32,000 nt of DNA from Candidatus Nanosynbacter lyticus. Lineage in GTDB: Bacteria > Patescibacteriota > Saccharimonadia > Saccharimonadales > Saccharimonadaceae. Both the position numbers and the translations under genes were made by a program. Every line of letters begins with the position of its first letter. Position 1 is the stretch's first letter. Positions 9,037-18,936 of this stretch are shown one piece after another. Location of the stretch: positions 480,001 to 512,000 of the forward strand of contig NZ_CP124549.1 in the NCBI RefSeq assembly GCF_030253515.1, given 5' to 3'. The notes under the pieces are model-generated. The model was not told where the DNA came from. It worked only from the letters and a program-made list of their open reading frames with translations, and ran no database searches.

Positions 9037-10065
9037 TTATGATATGACTGGCTGCTGGAGGTAGTGGCCGACGTCCGCTACTAGCTCGACCAGGCGATTA
9101 GAGTACCCCCACTCGTTATCGTACCAGACCATGATTTTCACCATATTACCACCAACGACCTTGGTCAGTGGCAGATCAACGATGCCAGAATGCGAATTAC
9201 CGATAAAGTCGCGACTGACCAGCGGCTCCTCACTGACACCCAAAATCCCTTGATAGAAACTATCAGCGGCGGCTTTCTTGAACGCCTCATTCACCTGCTC
9301 GACCGTCACGTCGCGCCGCAGCAAGGCCGTCACGTCACTGAGCGACACCACCGGCGTCGGTACGCGTACACTGAGGCCGTCAAACTTGCCAGTTAGCTGT
9401 GGCAGGGTTTTGGTCACGGCGATGGCTGCACCGGTCGTTGTCGGCACGATGTTTTCGGCCGCGTTGCGACCCTCGCGAAGGTCCTTGGCCGGCGCATCCT
9501 GTAGGCGTTGGCTGGCAGTATAGCTATGCACCGTTGTCAGCATTGATTTTTCCACGCCAAATTCTGCGTCCAGAATTGCCATCACCGCGCCCAAGCTATT
9601 GGTGGTACAGCTGGCATTAGAGATGATCGGTGTGGCATCCTTGATCTTGCTGTCATTAGTGCCGAGCACGATGGTGTCAACGCCATCGGATTTGGTCGGC
9701 CCGCTGATGACCACGCGCTTGGCGCCCGCAGTCAAGTGCTTGCCCGCGCCGTCTTTATCGGTAAAGAATCCAGTTGATTCGATCACCACGTCAATATTCA
9801 TCTCGCCCCACGGCAAGTTTGCCGGATCTTTTTCCGCCAGCACTTTGACATGTTTTCCGTCAACGACCAACTCGTTTTCTGTAAAGTCAACTTGGCGGCC
9901 ATATTCCCCGTAATTGCTATCGTGTTTTAATAGGTACGCCAGCGTCTTGGTGTCCGTCAAATCGTTGATCGCCACAATCTCCAAATCGCTGCGCTCCCAG
10001 GCAATCTTAAAGGCGCTGCGCCCGATCCGCCCGAAACCATTAATCGCTATTTTCGTTATCGCCAT
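9037..10065 (-). CDS. gap: Glyceraldehyde-3-phosphate dehydrogenase
   Basis: MAITKIAINGFGRIGR N-terminus and active-site SNASCTTN. Start set at 10065 because GGAGG lies 9 nt upstream; the ORF-track extension to 10140 runs into the rel promoter. Confidence 0.95.
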   Translation of the reverse strand: MAITKIAINGFGRIGRSAFKIAWERSDLEIVAINDLTDTKTLAYLLKHDSNYGEYGRQVDFTENELVVDGKHVKVLAEKDPANLPWGEMNIDVVIESTGFFTDKDGAGKHLTAGAKRVVISGPTKSDGVDTIVLGTNDSKIKDATPIISNASCTTNSLGAVMAILDAEFGVEKSMLTTVHSYTASQRLQDAPAKDLREGRNAAENIVPTTTGAAIAVTKTLPQLTGKFDGLSVRVPTPVVSLSDVTALLRRDVTVEQVNEAFKKAAADSFYQGILGVSEEPLVSRDFIGNSHSGIVDLPLTKVVGGNMVKIMVWYDNEWGYSNRLVELVADVGHYLQQPVIS

Positions 10066-10131
10066 ATAATTATTCCTCCCAAGTAGCATTAGCTTTTTAC
10101 TAATTATACTACAAAGTTGTATAATGAAACT

Positions 10132-11655
10132 ATGACGCACGAGGAATTACTACATCTAGCGGCGCCGCAGTACGATGAAGTACCGGTACTAGTGTTAGAT
10201 AGCGCTATTGACTACGCCACCAAAAAGCATGCCGGCCAAAAGCGCAAAAGCGGCGAACCCTACATCACGCACCCGCTGGCGGTGGCTGGGATTTTGGTGG
10301 AATGGGGTATGGATATTGACACGGTGATCGCTGGCGTGCTGCATGATACCGTCGAGGATACCGATGCGACGCTGGATGAACTAGAAAGTTTGTTTGGCCG
10401 CGACATTGCTTTTCTGGTTGACGGCGTAACCAAGGTGTCGCAGGCGCGCGCTGGCATGCGCAGCCTTGATAGCTACTTGCCGCACACCAAGGACAACCTC
10501 GCCAAGCTGATGATCGCGGTCGGCGAGGACATTCGAGTGATTATTATCAAGCTGGCGGATCGGCTACATAATATGCGCACGCTTCAATATATGCCGCGCG
10601 ACAAGCAGAAGAAAATCGCCCGCGAAACAATTGAGGTGTTTGCGCCGTTGGCGGATCGGCTGAATATGGGGCGCGTCCGCGTACAATTAGAAGAGCTTAG
10701 TTTCCGATTCTTGATGCCCAAGGATTTTCAGCGCACCAAGAGTCTGATGGACAGCCGCCTGAAAAAAAGCCAGCGCAAACTCGCCAAAGTCCGCCGCGAC
10801 GTTACGGCGCGCCTGCAGAGCGAAGGCCTACGGTTCGATATGGATGGCCGGGTCAAAAGCGTGTATAGCCTGTTCAAGAAGCTCGACCGCGTTGGCAATA
10901 TTGATAAGATTTACGATCTGATTGCCCTACGCATCATTGTTGATGATTTAGCGACCGGCTATCTGGTACTGGGCGTGCTGCACGAGATGTACCAGCCATT
11001 CTATGAGCGCATCAAAGATTACGTTGCCAACCCTAAACCAAACGGCTACCAAAGTCTGCACACAACAGTGCAAACGCCGACCGGACAAATTGTCGAATTC
11101 CAAATTCGTACCCAAGACATGCATGAATACGCCGAGCGCGGTTTGGCGGCCAGCTTTCATTATAACGAACAAAAGATGTCCGATGCCTACCGCCAGGGGC
11201 GAATCGCCGCGCTGCCGACGGATTTGGCATGGATTCGTGACCTACAGGAAACGGCGGCCCGAGCACGCGAGGGTAAATCATTTGATTCAGAAAAATTCCG
11301 CATGAAGTTGTTTGAAGATCGCATCTTCGTCTATTCGCCCAAAGGTGATATTTATGACTTACCGCGCGGCGCCTTCCCGCTGGATTACGCCTATCGCATT
11401 CACTCCGACATCGCAGCGCACGCCAGCGGCTTTAAGGTCAATGGCGTTATGAAGCCGTTCACTTATGAATTGCAGCATGGCGATGTTGTTGAAGTCTTGA
11501 CCAGCAAATCAGCCAAGCCCAAACCAGCCTGGCGCGACATGGTCATCACGCCGCACGCCAAAACCAAACTGCGCATGCAGCTATCAAGGAGTGGTGGCGT
11601 ACTCGGGCATCTGACTGGATTGACCGACGGCGTTTCGTCGTTGTTTCGACGGTAG
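10132..11655 (+). CDS. rel: Short bifunctional (p)ppGpp synthetase/hydrolase (RSH: HD + synthetase + TGS, no ZFD/ACT region)
   Basis: HDTVEDT hydrolase motif, YQSLHTTV and EFQIRT synthetase motifs, and a TGS-like GDVVEVLT C-terminus. First ATG at 10132, 6 nt after TATAAT (10120-10125); the ORF-track start at 10117 is a TTG inside the promoter. Confidence 0.9.
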   Translation: MTHEELLHLAAPQYDEVPVLVLDSAIDYATKKHAGQKRKSGEPYITHPLAVAGILVEWGMDIDTVIAGVLHDTVEDTDATLDELESLFGRDIAFLVDGVTKVSQARAGMRSLDSYLPHTKDNLAKLMIAVGEDIRVIIIKLADRLHNMRTLQYMPRDKQKKIARETIEVFAPLADRLNMGRVRVQLEELSFRFLMPKDFQRTKSLMDSRLKKSQRKLAKVRRDVTARLQSEGLRFDMDGRVKSVYSLFKKLDRVGNIDKIYDLIALRIIVDDLATGYLVLGVLHEMYQPFYERIKDYVANPKPNGYQSLHTTVQTPTGQIVEFQIRTQDMHEYAERGLAASFHYNEQKMSDAYRQGRIAALPTDLAWIRDLQETAARAREGKSFDSEKFRMKLFEDRIFVYSPKGDIYDLPRGAFPLDYAYRIHSDIAAHASGFKVNGVMKPFTYELQHGDVVEVLTSKSAKPKPAWRDMVITPHAKTKLRMQLSRSGGVLGHLTGLTDGVSSLFRR

Positions 11656-11921
11656 GCAAAACACTCACACCTCATCCCAGAGGCTGCGGCAAACACGACA
11701 CCTCCTCTGTCAGAGACTGTGAAACGTTCGCGAACAGCGGACGTTTCAGCCGAACGCTCGCGAGAAATCTCCAGCGGAGATTTGAGCGAAGAGTGTGCTC
11801 TGGCGGCGGGCGCCGTCCGCAGAACCACCGACTTGTCGGAGAGACTGACGGTTGCACTGCGTGACAAACACGGATCGAGTCTTAGGTGAGACGTAATACC
11901 ACCCTGCTTTACACGACAGTA

Positions 11922-12455
11922 TTACGCCTGCTCGTTCCAGCGCTCAATCGCCGCCGCCACAACCTGCTTGGCGGCATCAACGCCAGCAAACTCCTTGACA
12001 ATGGTCGAGCCTGGCTTCTTCAGATCCTTATAGTGATTGAAGTGGAATTCAATTTGCTTAATCAGCTGTACTGGCAGATCCTCCAACGACTGAATGGCGT
12101 TACCATTATGGCGATCGTCGCTTGGCACCGCGATAATCTTATCATCAACCTCATCGTCATCGACAAACTTCATCACGCCAAGGATCCGCGCCTCGACCAC
12201 CAACCCGGTCGTCAGTGGCGTATCCGTCACCAACAGCACGTCCAACTCATCGCCGTCCTCATCCAGCGTCTGCGGAATGAAACCATAATTAGTCGGCTTG
12301 GCAAAGATCGCCGGATCAACCCGATCTAGCCGCATGACGCCGACCTTCCGATCCCATTCAATTTTATGATTTGACCCAGCCGGAATCTCTACGACAACGG
12401 TGATTTCGCCGTCCTGATAGTTTCCCGGGGTTACTACTTGGTTAAAATCCGCCAT
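11922..12455 (-). CDS. ppa: Inorganic pyrophosphatase (family I)
   Basis: EIPAGSNHKIEWD and DGDELDVLL motifs. GAGGAG SD. Confidence 0.95.
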   Translation of the reverse strand: MADFNQVVTPGNYQDGEITVVVEIPAGSNHKIEWDRKVGVMRLDRVDPAIFAKPTNYGFIPQTLDEDGDELDVLLVTDTPLTTGLVVEARILGVMKFVDDDEVDDKIIAVPSDDRHNGNAIQSLEDLPVQLIKQIEFHFNHYKDLKKPGSTIVKEFAGVDAAKQVVAAAIERWNEQA

Positions 12456-12458
12456 GAT

Positions 12459-13391
12459 CTACTCCTCTCTGGCTTTTTCTTGTAAATATTCACGAATCTG
12501 CAACGCCGCGACCGCGCCCTCGCCGACCGCCGAAGCGATTTGCATGGTTGCGCCCGAACGGACATCGCCCGAGGCAAAGACACCAGGGATGTTGGTATGT
12601 AAATGCTCGTCAGTAACGATGTGTCCGCCTAAGTCCAGTTCAACACCTGAGTCTGCCAAAAACTGTGTGTTTGGAATCAAGCCGATGAAAACGAATAAGC
12701 CGTCTGCGGTAAATTCTTTTTGCTCGCCGCTCTGGGTTGATGTGACGCCGTAGAACTTGTCGTCTTTGACGATAATTTCATCAGTCGTCGCACCAAGATG
12801 GACGGTTATTTTGCCTGCGTCAACGTAGTTTTGCAGTTCCTTTTGCAGGACATCGCTGGCGCGTAATTTACTGCGTACCAATAGGTCAATGTGACTGACG
12901 TAGCGGGTCAAAAAGATCGCTTCCTGCACCGCCGAGTTGCCGCCGCCAACGACGATTAAGCGCTTGTCGCGGTAAAATGCGCCGTCGCACGTCGCGCAGT
13001 AATGCACGCCGCGGCCATACAATTCGTCTTCGCCCGGCACGCCCAGCTTGCGGTGATTTGAGCCGGTCGCCAGCAGCACTGCTTTGGCGCGCATCGGCTG
13101 ACCATCGACCGTCAATTCCAATTCGCCGTCAACTTGCTTCAGGGCCGTCACGTCGCCGTACTCGATCTCCGCACCGAATCGCTCGGCCTGCTGCTGCAGT
13201 TCGGACGCCAATTTCATACCGGTCACACCCTCGGCAAACCCTGGATAATTATCGATTTGATCAGTGATGGCCGCCATACCGCCAACTACGCCGCGTTCGT
13301 ATAGTGTTGTCGGCACGTCTTCGCGCGATAGGTAAATTGCTGCAGTGAGTGCGCTTGGACCGGCACCGACAATGATAATCTCTTTAGACAT
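12459..13391 (-). CDS. trxB: Thioredoxin-disulfide reductase
   Basis: GAGPSALTAAIY FAD-binding site, CATCDG redox-active motif and GGGNSAVQEA NADPH-binding site. Confidence 0.95.
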   Translation of the reverse strand: MSKEIIIVGAGPSALTAAIYLSREDVPTTLYERGVVGGMAAITDQIDNYPGFAEGVTGMKLASELQQQAERFGAEIEYGDVTALKQVDGELELTVDGQPMRAKAVLLATGSNHRKLGVPGEDELYGRGVHYCATCDGAFYRDKRLIVVGGGNSAVQEAIFLTRYVSHIDLLVRSKLRASDVLQKELQNYVDAGKITVHLGATTDEIIVKDDKFYGVTSTQSGEQKEFTADGLFVFIGLIPNTQFLADSGVELDLGGHIVTDEHLHTNIPGVFASGDVRSGATMQIASAVGEGAVAALQIREYLQEKAREE

Positions 13392-14061
13392 TCAACCCCC
13401 TTGACCTATAATATCGCTTGATAACTTCTGGCATCTCCGGCCGTGGAATCTCCGCCGGTTTTTCGATAGCCATTACCACAAATTTGAGTGGCGAATTAGC
13501 AGGAATTTTATCACCCTGACCCCTGTCGCCGTAGGCTTTGTCAGCTGGAATTGTCAATTCACGCACACCACCAATTTTCATACCAATCAGCCCCTCTTTC
13601 CAGCCCTGAATCACCGACGTATTCGCCGGGCCGTCCACCGCAAATGGTGCTTTCAACTTACCGCCATTAATCGACTGATCAAAAATCTCGCCCTTGGCAT
13701 TCCAGCCAATGTAATAAGCCGCAAATTTGGTATCACCCTTAACTTCTGCGCCGCCGCCCTCCACCAAGTCTTCTTTGCCGAGCTCTTTAACGTCACCAGC
13801 CTCAAACGCACCAACTCGCGAGCTAAACTCAGCAAATTTAGCGTAATATTTTTTGTTCAATTCCGCCGTCTGAGCATCAACTTTCTTTTGCCACTCCGTG
13901 GTTGCTTTTTTATAATCTTCTTGCGCCTGCTTTAGCTCGGCCTGGTCTTTGGCATCATTGCTTGGCTGCACCATCATGGCGATGAACCCGCCAATTGTCC
14001 CAATCGCTAATGTCCCCGTGATGATCCATATACCGAGTCGCTGTCCCCTCGTCGTCGCCAT
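13384..14061 (-). CDS. Membrane-anchored FKBP-type peptidyl-prolyl cis-trans isomerase
   Basis: N-terminal TM segment; C-terminal FKBP signature GWKEGLIGMKIGGVRELTIPADKAYG. AAGGAGG SD. Confidence 0.9.
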   Translation of the reverse strand: MATTRGQRLGIWIITGTLAIGTIGGFIAMMVQPSNDAKDQAELKQAQEDYKKATTEWQKKVDAQTAELNKKYYAKFAEFSSRVGAFEAGDVKELGKEDLVEGGGAEVKGDTKFAAYYIGWNAKGEIFDQSINGGKLKAPFAVDGPANTSVIQGWKEGLIGMKIGGVRELTIPADKAYGDRGQGDKIPANSPLKFVVMAIEKPAEIPRPEMPEVIKRYYRSRGLNV

Positions 14062-14091
14062 AATCCTCCTTTATCTTACCTTGAAATTATA

Positions 14092-15891
14092 TCAATGTTT
14101 CCCCTCAACCGCAATGTCATAACGTGCCAGCTCATCATCAACCCCCACGCCGGCTGTCCGCTGTAGTTTGAGCAAATCAGCATAAATGCCACCCGATTTC
14201 GCCAGCTGTTTCGGCGTACCGATCTCGTCGACCCGGCCATGTTTTAGCGTCACGATCCGATCTACCGTGGCGATGGTACTCAGCCGGTGAGCGATAATCA
14301 GCGTCGTTCGCCCCTTCATCAGCCGCTCCAGCGCCTGCTGCACTAGATGCTCGCTCTTACTGTCAAGGTTGCTTGTTGCCTCGTCGAGAATGAGAATCGG
14401 CGCATCCTTGAGCACCGCCCGCGCAATGGCGATGCGCTGCTTTTGACCGCCAGACAGTTTGAGGCCACGCTCGCCAATTTGCGTGTCATACCCTTTGTCA
14501 AGCCCGCTGATAAAGTCGTGCGCATTGGCGGCCTTGGCAGCGGCGATTACCTGCTCATCCGTCGGCTCGTCGGCGCCATAAGCGATATTTTCACGAATTG
14601 TGCCAGAAAAGAGCGCTGGCTCCTGAAATACCGTGGCGATATGACGGCGCAAACTCTTTTGCTGCACCGCGTCAATGGCCATATCGTCAATGGTAATCTC
14701 GCCACTATCTGGCTGATATAGGCGCATCAGTAAATTCGTCAAGGTAGTCTTGCCGCCACCCGACTCGCTGACGAGAGCAACATGCTCACCGGGACGAAGC
14801 GTGAACGAGATGTCGGTCAACACTGGTTTTTGCGGAGCAGAGGCGTAGCGAAACGAGACGTTGCGAAACTCGACTGCCCCGCGGCTCACGACTAATTCCG
14901 GCGCGTGAGGCACATCTTCAATTGCTGGGCGTAGCGTCATCACACCAACAAAATCCCGACTCCCAGCCAGAGCTTTCTGGAAATTATCAACGATGAAACT
15001 CATGTTAAACAGCGGCATCCGCAAATTATTAATCAGCGTGATCAACAGCACCATATCGCCGATCGAAAAACGCCGCTCGGTCGTCTGCACAAAAATGTAG
15101 GCAAAAATCATAAAGAAAATGACCGACAACACCACGCCGCGCACGATGTCCATGCTGTGCCAATAGCGCGATTGCTTGCGTGTGATGGCGATTGTTTTGC
15201 GGTAACGCTTGGCAAAATGACGATATTCGAGCGACTCACGGACGTAGCTTTTGACGACTTTGATCTGAGCAATGACTTCGGCGAACCGGCCGCTGGCCAT
15301 ATCCGTCTCATGATTTTTACGGTTCTGAAAGGCCTGCCATTTCTTGCTGGTCAGCGCCGTCAGCCACATAAATAGCGGGTACATGATGACCACCATTACC
15401 GCCAGCTCCAGACTGTACACCAGAACGATACCGATGGTAATACCTGTCGTGAGCAGCATTTGGAAAAAGTTGTTGGCAAACATGTTCAGGAAGTTCGTCG
15501 TTTCGGTAATCGCCCGGTTGAGGCGATTGATAATTGTGCCGGTCAGCTCACCGTCAAAATAACTTTGCGGCAAGCCAAGCAAGTGATGGTAGTACCGCGT
15601 CGACAGCTGCTGTTTGAGCCGCGTGGCCATCACGTCGCCCCAGTAACCGCCAAGGTTTCGCACCATCGTATTCGTCACGTCAAGCGCCAGCAGCACCAGC
15701 GCCAAGAAAATCGCCTGCTCAATTCCTACCTTGCCGCCCTCAACCACTTCAACCATCAAGTTGGTCGCCCGCGAAATGACGAATGGTACTGCAATGCCGG
15801 TTAGTGCCACGACAACCGAGCTAATACTAACCCCAACGTAGTATCTGCCCATACCGCGCGCATATCGAAGCATGTGGATTAGCGGCTTCAT
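14092..15891 (-). CDS. ABC transporter, fused permease/ATP-binding protein (MsbA-type exporter)
   Basis: Six-helix TMD, Walker A SESGGGKTT, LSGGQKQR signature and Walker B ILILDEATS. The start overlaps the pheT stop (TGATG). Confidence 0.9.
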   Translation of the reverse strand: MKPLIHMLRYARGMGRYYVGVSISSVVVALTGIAVPFVISRATNLMVEVVEGGKVGIEQAIFLALVLLALDVTNTMVRNLGGYWGDVMATRLKQQLSTRYYHHLLGLPQSYFDGELTGTIINRLNRAITETTNFLNMFANNFFQMLLTTGITIGIVLVYSLELAVMVVIMYPLFMWLTALTSKKWQAFQNRKNHETDMASGRFAEVIAQIKVVKSYVRESLEYRHFAKRYRKTIAITRKQSRYWHSMDIVRGVVLSVIFFMIFAYIFVQTTERRFSIGDMVLLITLINNLRMPLFNMSFIVDNFQKALAGSRDFVGVMTLRPAIEDVPHAPELVVSRGAVEFRNVSFRYASAPQKPVLTDISFTLRPGEHVALVSESGGGKTTLTNLLMRLYQPDSGEITIDDMAIDAVQQKSLRRHIATVFQEPALFSGTIRENIAYGADEPTDEQVIAAAKAANAHDFISGLDKGYDTQIGERGLKLSGGQKQRIAIARAVLKDAPILILDEATSNLDSKSEHLVQQALERLMKGRTTLIIAHRLSTIATVDRIVTLKHGRVDEIGTPKQLAKSGGIYADLLKLQRTAGVGVDDELARYDIAVEGKH

Positions 15892-18389
15892 CAGACTGTT
15901 TCAGCTCCCCATCTGTCTTTAGTTGTCTGTTCAATCCGCTGCATCACCGGCGTGATATCATTATCCACCAATGTCCGTGCAAGTGAAGTAAACGTCAGCC
16001 GCCACGTCATCGTTTTCTGCGCCGCTTCATGCTCAGATTGATAAATGGTGAGTGGCTCAATTCGCACCTCCATACCAACGTCCCGCACGGCCTCATCCAG
16101 TGTCTGCAACAGTTGCTGATATCTGATGGTGGTCGGTAGTTTGAGCGAAATGTCGCGGCTGGTTGATGGATAGCGGCTGAGCGGCTGATAATGACTGTCA
16201 CGCTTGGCGTAAACGGTCTCCAGGCCGGCCATGTCCAAGCTCGCTGCCGCCACGTACGTTGGTAATTTGAAGCTCTTGATGACTGACTGCTTCAATTCGC
16301 CGACTATGCCAATGAACATTCCATCGGTTGTCTCGACCAGTGCACTGCGTGATTGGTCAAACGGTGCCGCGACTGGGAAAGTGAGCTCCTCTTCAATTGG
16401 CTTGAATACCAACTTGGTGCCAAGATCATGCACTAGCTGTTCAACCAAGCGACGAATTTTGTAAAATGGCGCGCCTGCTGCCGGCTTTTTGGCGGCGTAG
16501 ACGATGTCGGTGAACTGACTGGCTTCTGGCAAACCATCTTCGCCTAGGCCATGCATTTTGCCGTGACCCTTACCCATTTCAAACAGAGCGAACTCATCAT
16601 GCCCGGCCTTGATGTTGGCGTGAACCTTGTCGAGCAAACTCGGCAGCACCGTCAAGCGGTAGTACTGCAAATCAGGACTGAGGGCGTTTGATAATTTATA
16701 TGCCTGAGTGACGTCCTGCTCGGCGTTTTTCAGGATGCGTTCATGAACGAAGCTGTAGGTCAAGACTTCATTGGCACCAGCACGCGATAGACTACGGCGA
16801 ACGGCGTTTTTCAATTCGCGGCGCACATTTTTTGGCGCGGGTTTAATACTACGACGCGGCAATTGACGCGGCAGTTTATCGAAACCATACAGCCGCCCAA
16901 CCTCCTCGACGATATCCTCAGGCAGCTCAATATCGGTGCGCCAAAACGGGCTGTAAATCTCGCAGCCACTCTCATCAACTTCAACCATAAACTCAGTACG
17001 GCGCAAGATATCAGCAATTTCATCGTTAGAAAAGTTAGTGCCCAGTCGTTCGTTAACAAACTCATTCGAAACACCTTGCGAGTCAACACGGTGAATAGCA
17101 TCCGGCATAATACATTCATTAGATGAGCTAGCGTCAAACACTTCGCTGGCCTGCACACCACCCACCATGCTCATCAGCTGTTTCAGCACGGCAGCATTTT
17201 GGAGCGGCGATTGCCCCTTGTTGAACCGCGTGAGTGCATCGGTGAAAATACCGTGACGCATAGCCGTACGGCGCAGTGCGTACATGTCAAAATTAGCGCA
17301 TTCCAAAACGATGTTTTTCGTGCTATCCGAAACCTCAGTGTCAACACCACCCATAATTCCCGCTAGACCTATCACACCCTCGCCATCAGCAATGACAATG
17401 TCATCCGCTGTCAGCTCATACTCCTTGCCATTCAGCAAGCTAACTTTCTCACCAGCACGAGCCAGCCGCGCCCCAAGTGTAGACCCGCGTAATTTATCAT
17501 AATCATAGGCATGGGTCGGCTGTGCCGTCAGTAGCATCATGTAATTTGTCGCGTCAACAATATTGTTAATTGGTTTACTGCCCATCGCCACCAGCTGACA
17601 CTGCAGCCATAGCGGACTCGGCCGCACCTCGATATTTTTGATAGCTACCGCTGAAAACACCGGCACTACTTCAGTCACCTCATTGAATATCTCGAGCTCG
17701 AGACCGTCGCCACCAGCAAATTCTTGAATCACATTGTACCACTCGGGACTGGTAAATTGCTGATGAAAAATCCCGGCAATCTCGCGCGCCACACCGAGCT
17801 GCCCGAAGCAGTCCGGCCGGTGCGTAAACATCTTATTTTCAATGTCCAGCACATAGTCATCCAAACCAAACGTTTCAGCGAAACCAGCTCCCGCGGTTAG
17901 CTCAACACCCGCCGGTACGTCGTGTTCATGAATTTCAATAATTCCCTCGTGATCAGTACCAATTGCCAGCTCATCCGCCGCCGCCAACATGCCCTGACTC
18001 AGCACGCCGCGTAGTGGCCGCGCGTCCAGCACAAACGGCTTGTCGTCATCAAAACTCGCTGGCACCGTACTTTTCGGCGGCAGCCAAATCGCCCACATAT
18101 CCGCATGCACATTTGGCGCGCCGCAAACCACTTGTACCAGACCGCCCTCATCGCGCGGCACATCCGCCACTGCGCCACCGTCATCAATCTTAGTCACACT
18201 CAGCCGATCAGCATCAGGATGCTTAGCACATTCAACCACCCGGACGATTCGCGCGCTGCCATATTTGGCTTTCAGGTCGATCACTTCCTCAACGCCACCA
18301 AGCTGCTGATTGACCCGCGCCACTAATTCATCTACGGGAGGCAATTCAAAATTAATCAATTGTTTGATAAGATTTAGGCTGACTTTCAT
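15891..18389 (-). CDS. pheT: Phenylalanine--tRNA ligase beta subunit
   Basis: 832 aa with an N-terminal tRNA-binding (OB) domain, B3/4 and B5 regions and a C-terminal anticodon-binding-like domain typical of PheT. Confidence 0.95.
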   Translation of the reverse strand: MKVSLNLIKQLINFELPPVDELVARVNQQLGGVEEVIDLKAKYGSARIVRVVECAKHPDADRLSVTKIDDGGAVADVPRDEGGLVQVVCGAPNVHADMWAIWLPPKSTVPASFDDDKPFVLDARPLRGVLSQGMLAAADELAIGTDHEGIIEIHEHDVPAGVELTAGAGFAETFGLDDYVLDIENKMFTHRPDCFGQLGVAREIAGIFHQQFTSPEWYNVIQEFAGGDGLELEIFNEVTEVVPVFSAVAIKNIEVRPSPLWLQCQLVAMGSKPINNIVDATNYMMLLTAQPTHAYDYDKLRGSTLGARLARAGEKVSLLNGKEYELTADDIVIADGEGVIGLAGIMGGVDTEVSDSTKNIVLECANFDMYALRRTAMRHGIFTDALTRFNKGQSPLQNAAVLKQLMSMVGGVQASEVFDASSSNECIMPDAIHRVDSQGVSNEFVNERLGTNFSNDEIADILRRTEFMVEVDESGCEIYSPFWRTDIELPEDIVEEVGRLYGFDKLPRQLPRRSIKPAPKNVRRELKNAVRRSLSRAGANEVLTYSFVHERILKNAEQDVTQAYKLSNALSPDLQYYRLTVLPSLLDKVHANIKAGHDEFALFEMGKGHGKMHGLGEDGLPEASQFTDIVYAAKKPAAGAPFYKIRRLVEQLVHDLGTKLVFKPIEEELTFPVAAPFDQSRSALVETTDGMFIGIVGELKQSVIKSFKLPTYVAAASLDMAGLETVYAKRDSHYQPLSRYPSTSRDISLKLPTTIRYQQLLQTLDEAVRDVGMEVRIEPLTIYQSEHEAAQKTMTWRLTFTSLARTLVDNDITPVMQRIEQTTKDRWGAETV

Positions 18390-18407
18390 ATATATCAGTA
18401 TACCATT

Positions 18408-18914
18408 CTAATCAACAGTGTAGTCAAACACCTTGATGGGAATACCTTTTTCCCTGGCTTGATCAATTGTAAACGTCGTGCCAGGGCTATCGTTGACCCG
18501 AAATGCCACTAATTCATCTGCCAGAGCAACAATCTGGCAATTACGCGCATGAAACGACTCGGCGTTGACTTCGGTAAATTCGGTGGTATCGCTCAGCACT
18601 CCAGGTCGATGTTCGGTGATGTCTCGCAAAAGAGCGACCGTCGCGACCGCATCATCTTGGCGACATTTACCGACAGCTGCTCGGTCATATAACGCTTGGC
18701 AATATAGTTCCAGCTCCACTGGCAAAAATATCCGAAACCGTGCCGCCTCCAAACCATGCTCATACGCCAGCCGAGCCGCTTCGTGATCAACACCAGTAGC
18801 GCCGCCCGTCACAATCCCGCCGCCTTCAGTAATCTTTTGTCCAACACACTGCTCAATGTCACGGCGAATCGTGTCATTCACTTCGCGCGTACCGACAACT
18901 CCGAGCCACTTCAT
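18408..18914 (-). CDS. SLOG-fold (DprA-like Rossmann, DUF2493-like) protein of unknown function
   Basis: VVGTRE...TGGATGVDHEAARLA...ARNCQIVALADELVAF...SPGTTFTIDQAREKGIPIKVF matches, by eye, the GxR / GGAxGxD / RN..iv..aD / GT...i..A pattern of stand-alone SLOG/DUF2493 proteins. Confidence 0.6.
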   Translation of the reverse strand: MKWLGVVGTREVNDTIRRDIEQCVGQKITEGGGIVTGGATGVDHEAARLAYEHGLEAARFRIFLPVELELYCQALYDRAAVGKCRQDDAVATVALLRDITEHRPGVLSDTTEFTEVNAESFHARNCQIVALADELVAFRVNDSPGTTFTIDQAREKGIPIKVFDYTVD

Positions 18915-18936
18915 AGTTTGCCCCGTTGACTAGATA

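Noticed and set aside
11653-11655. Alternative genetic code (TAG read as sense), prompted by the open frame after the rel TAG
   Set aside because: TAG also ends the PIN/TRAM gene, trmD, the SLOG-like gene and the 308-aa cassette gene at sensible positions. TGA and TAA are also used as stops, so the standard bacterial code fits.
11463-11867. Minus-strand ORFs 11463..11867 and 11672..11857 in the rel 3' end and spacer
   Set aside because: They are antisense to the rel TGS domain and cross a region that is stop-poor in several frames at once. This is more likely a composition or RNA-structure effect than genes, and it is recorded under the rel spacer finding instead.
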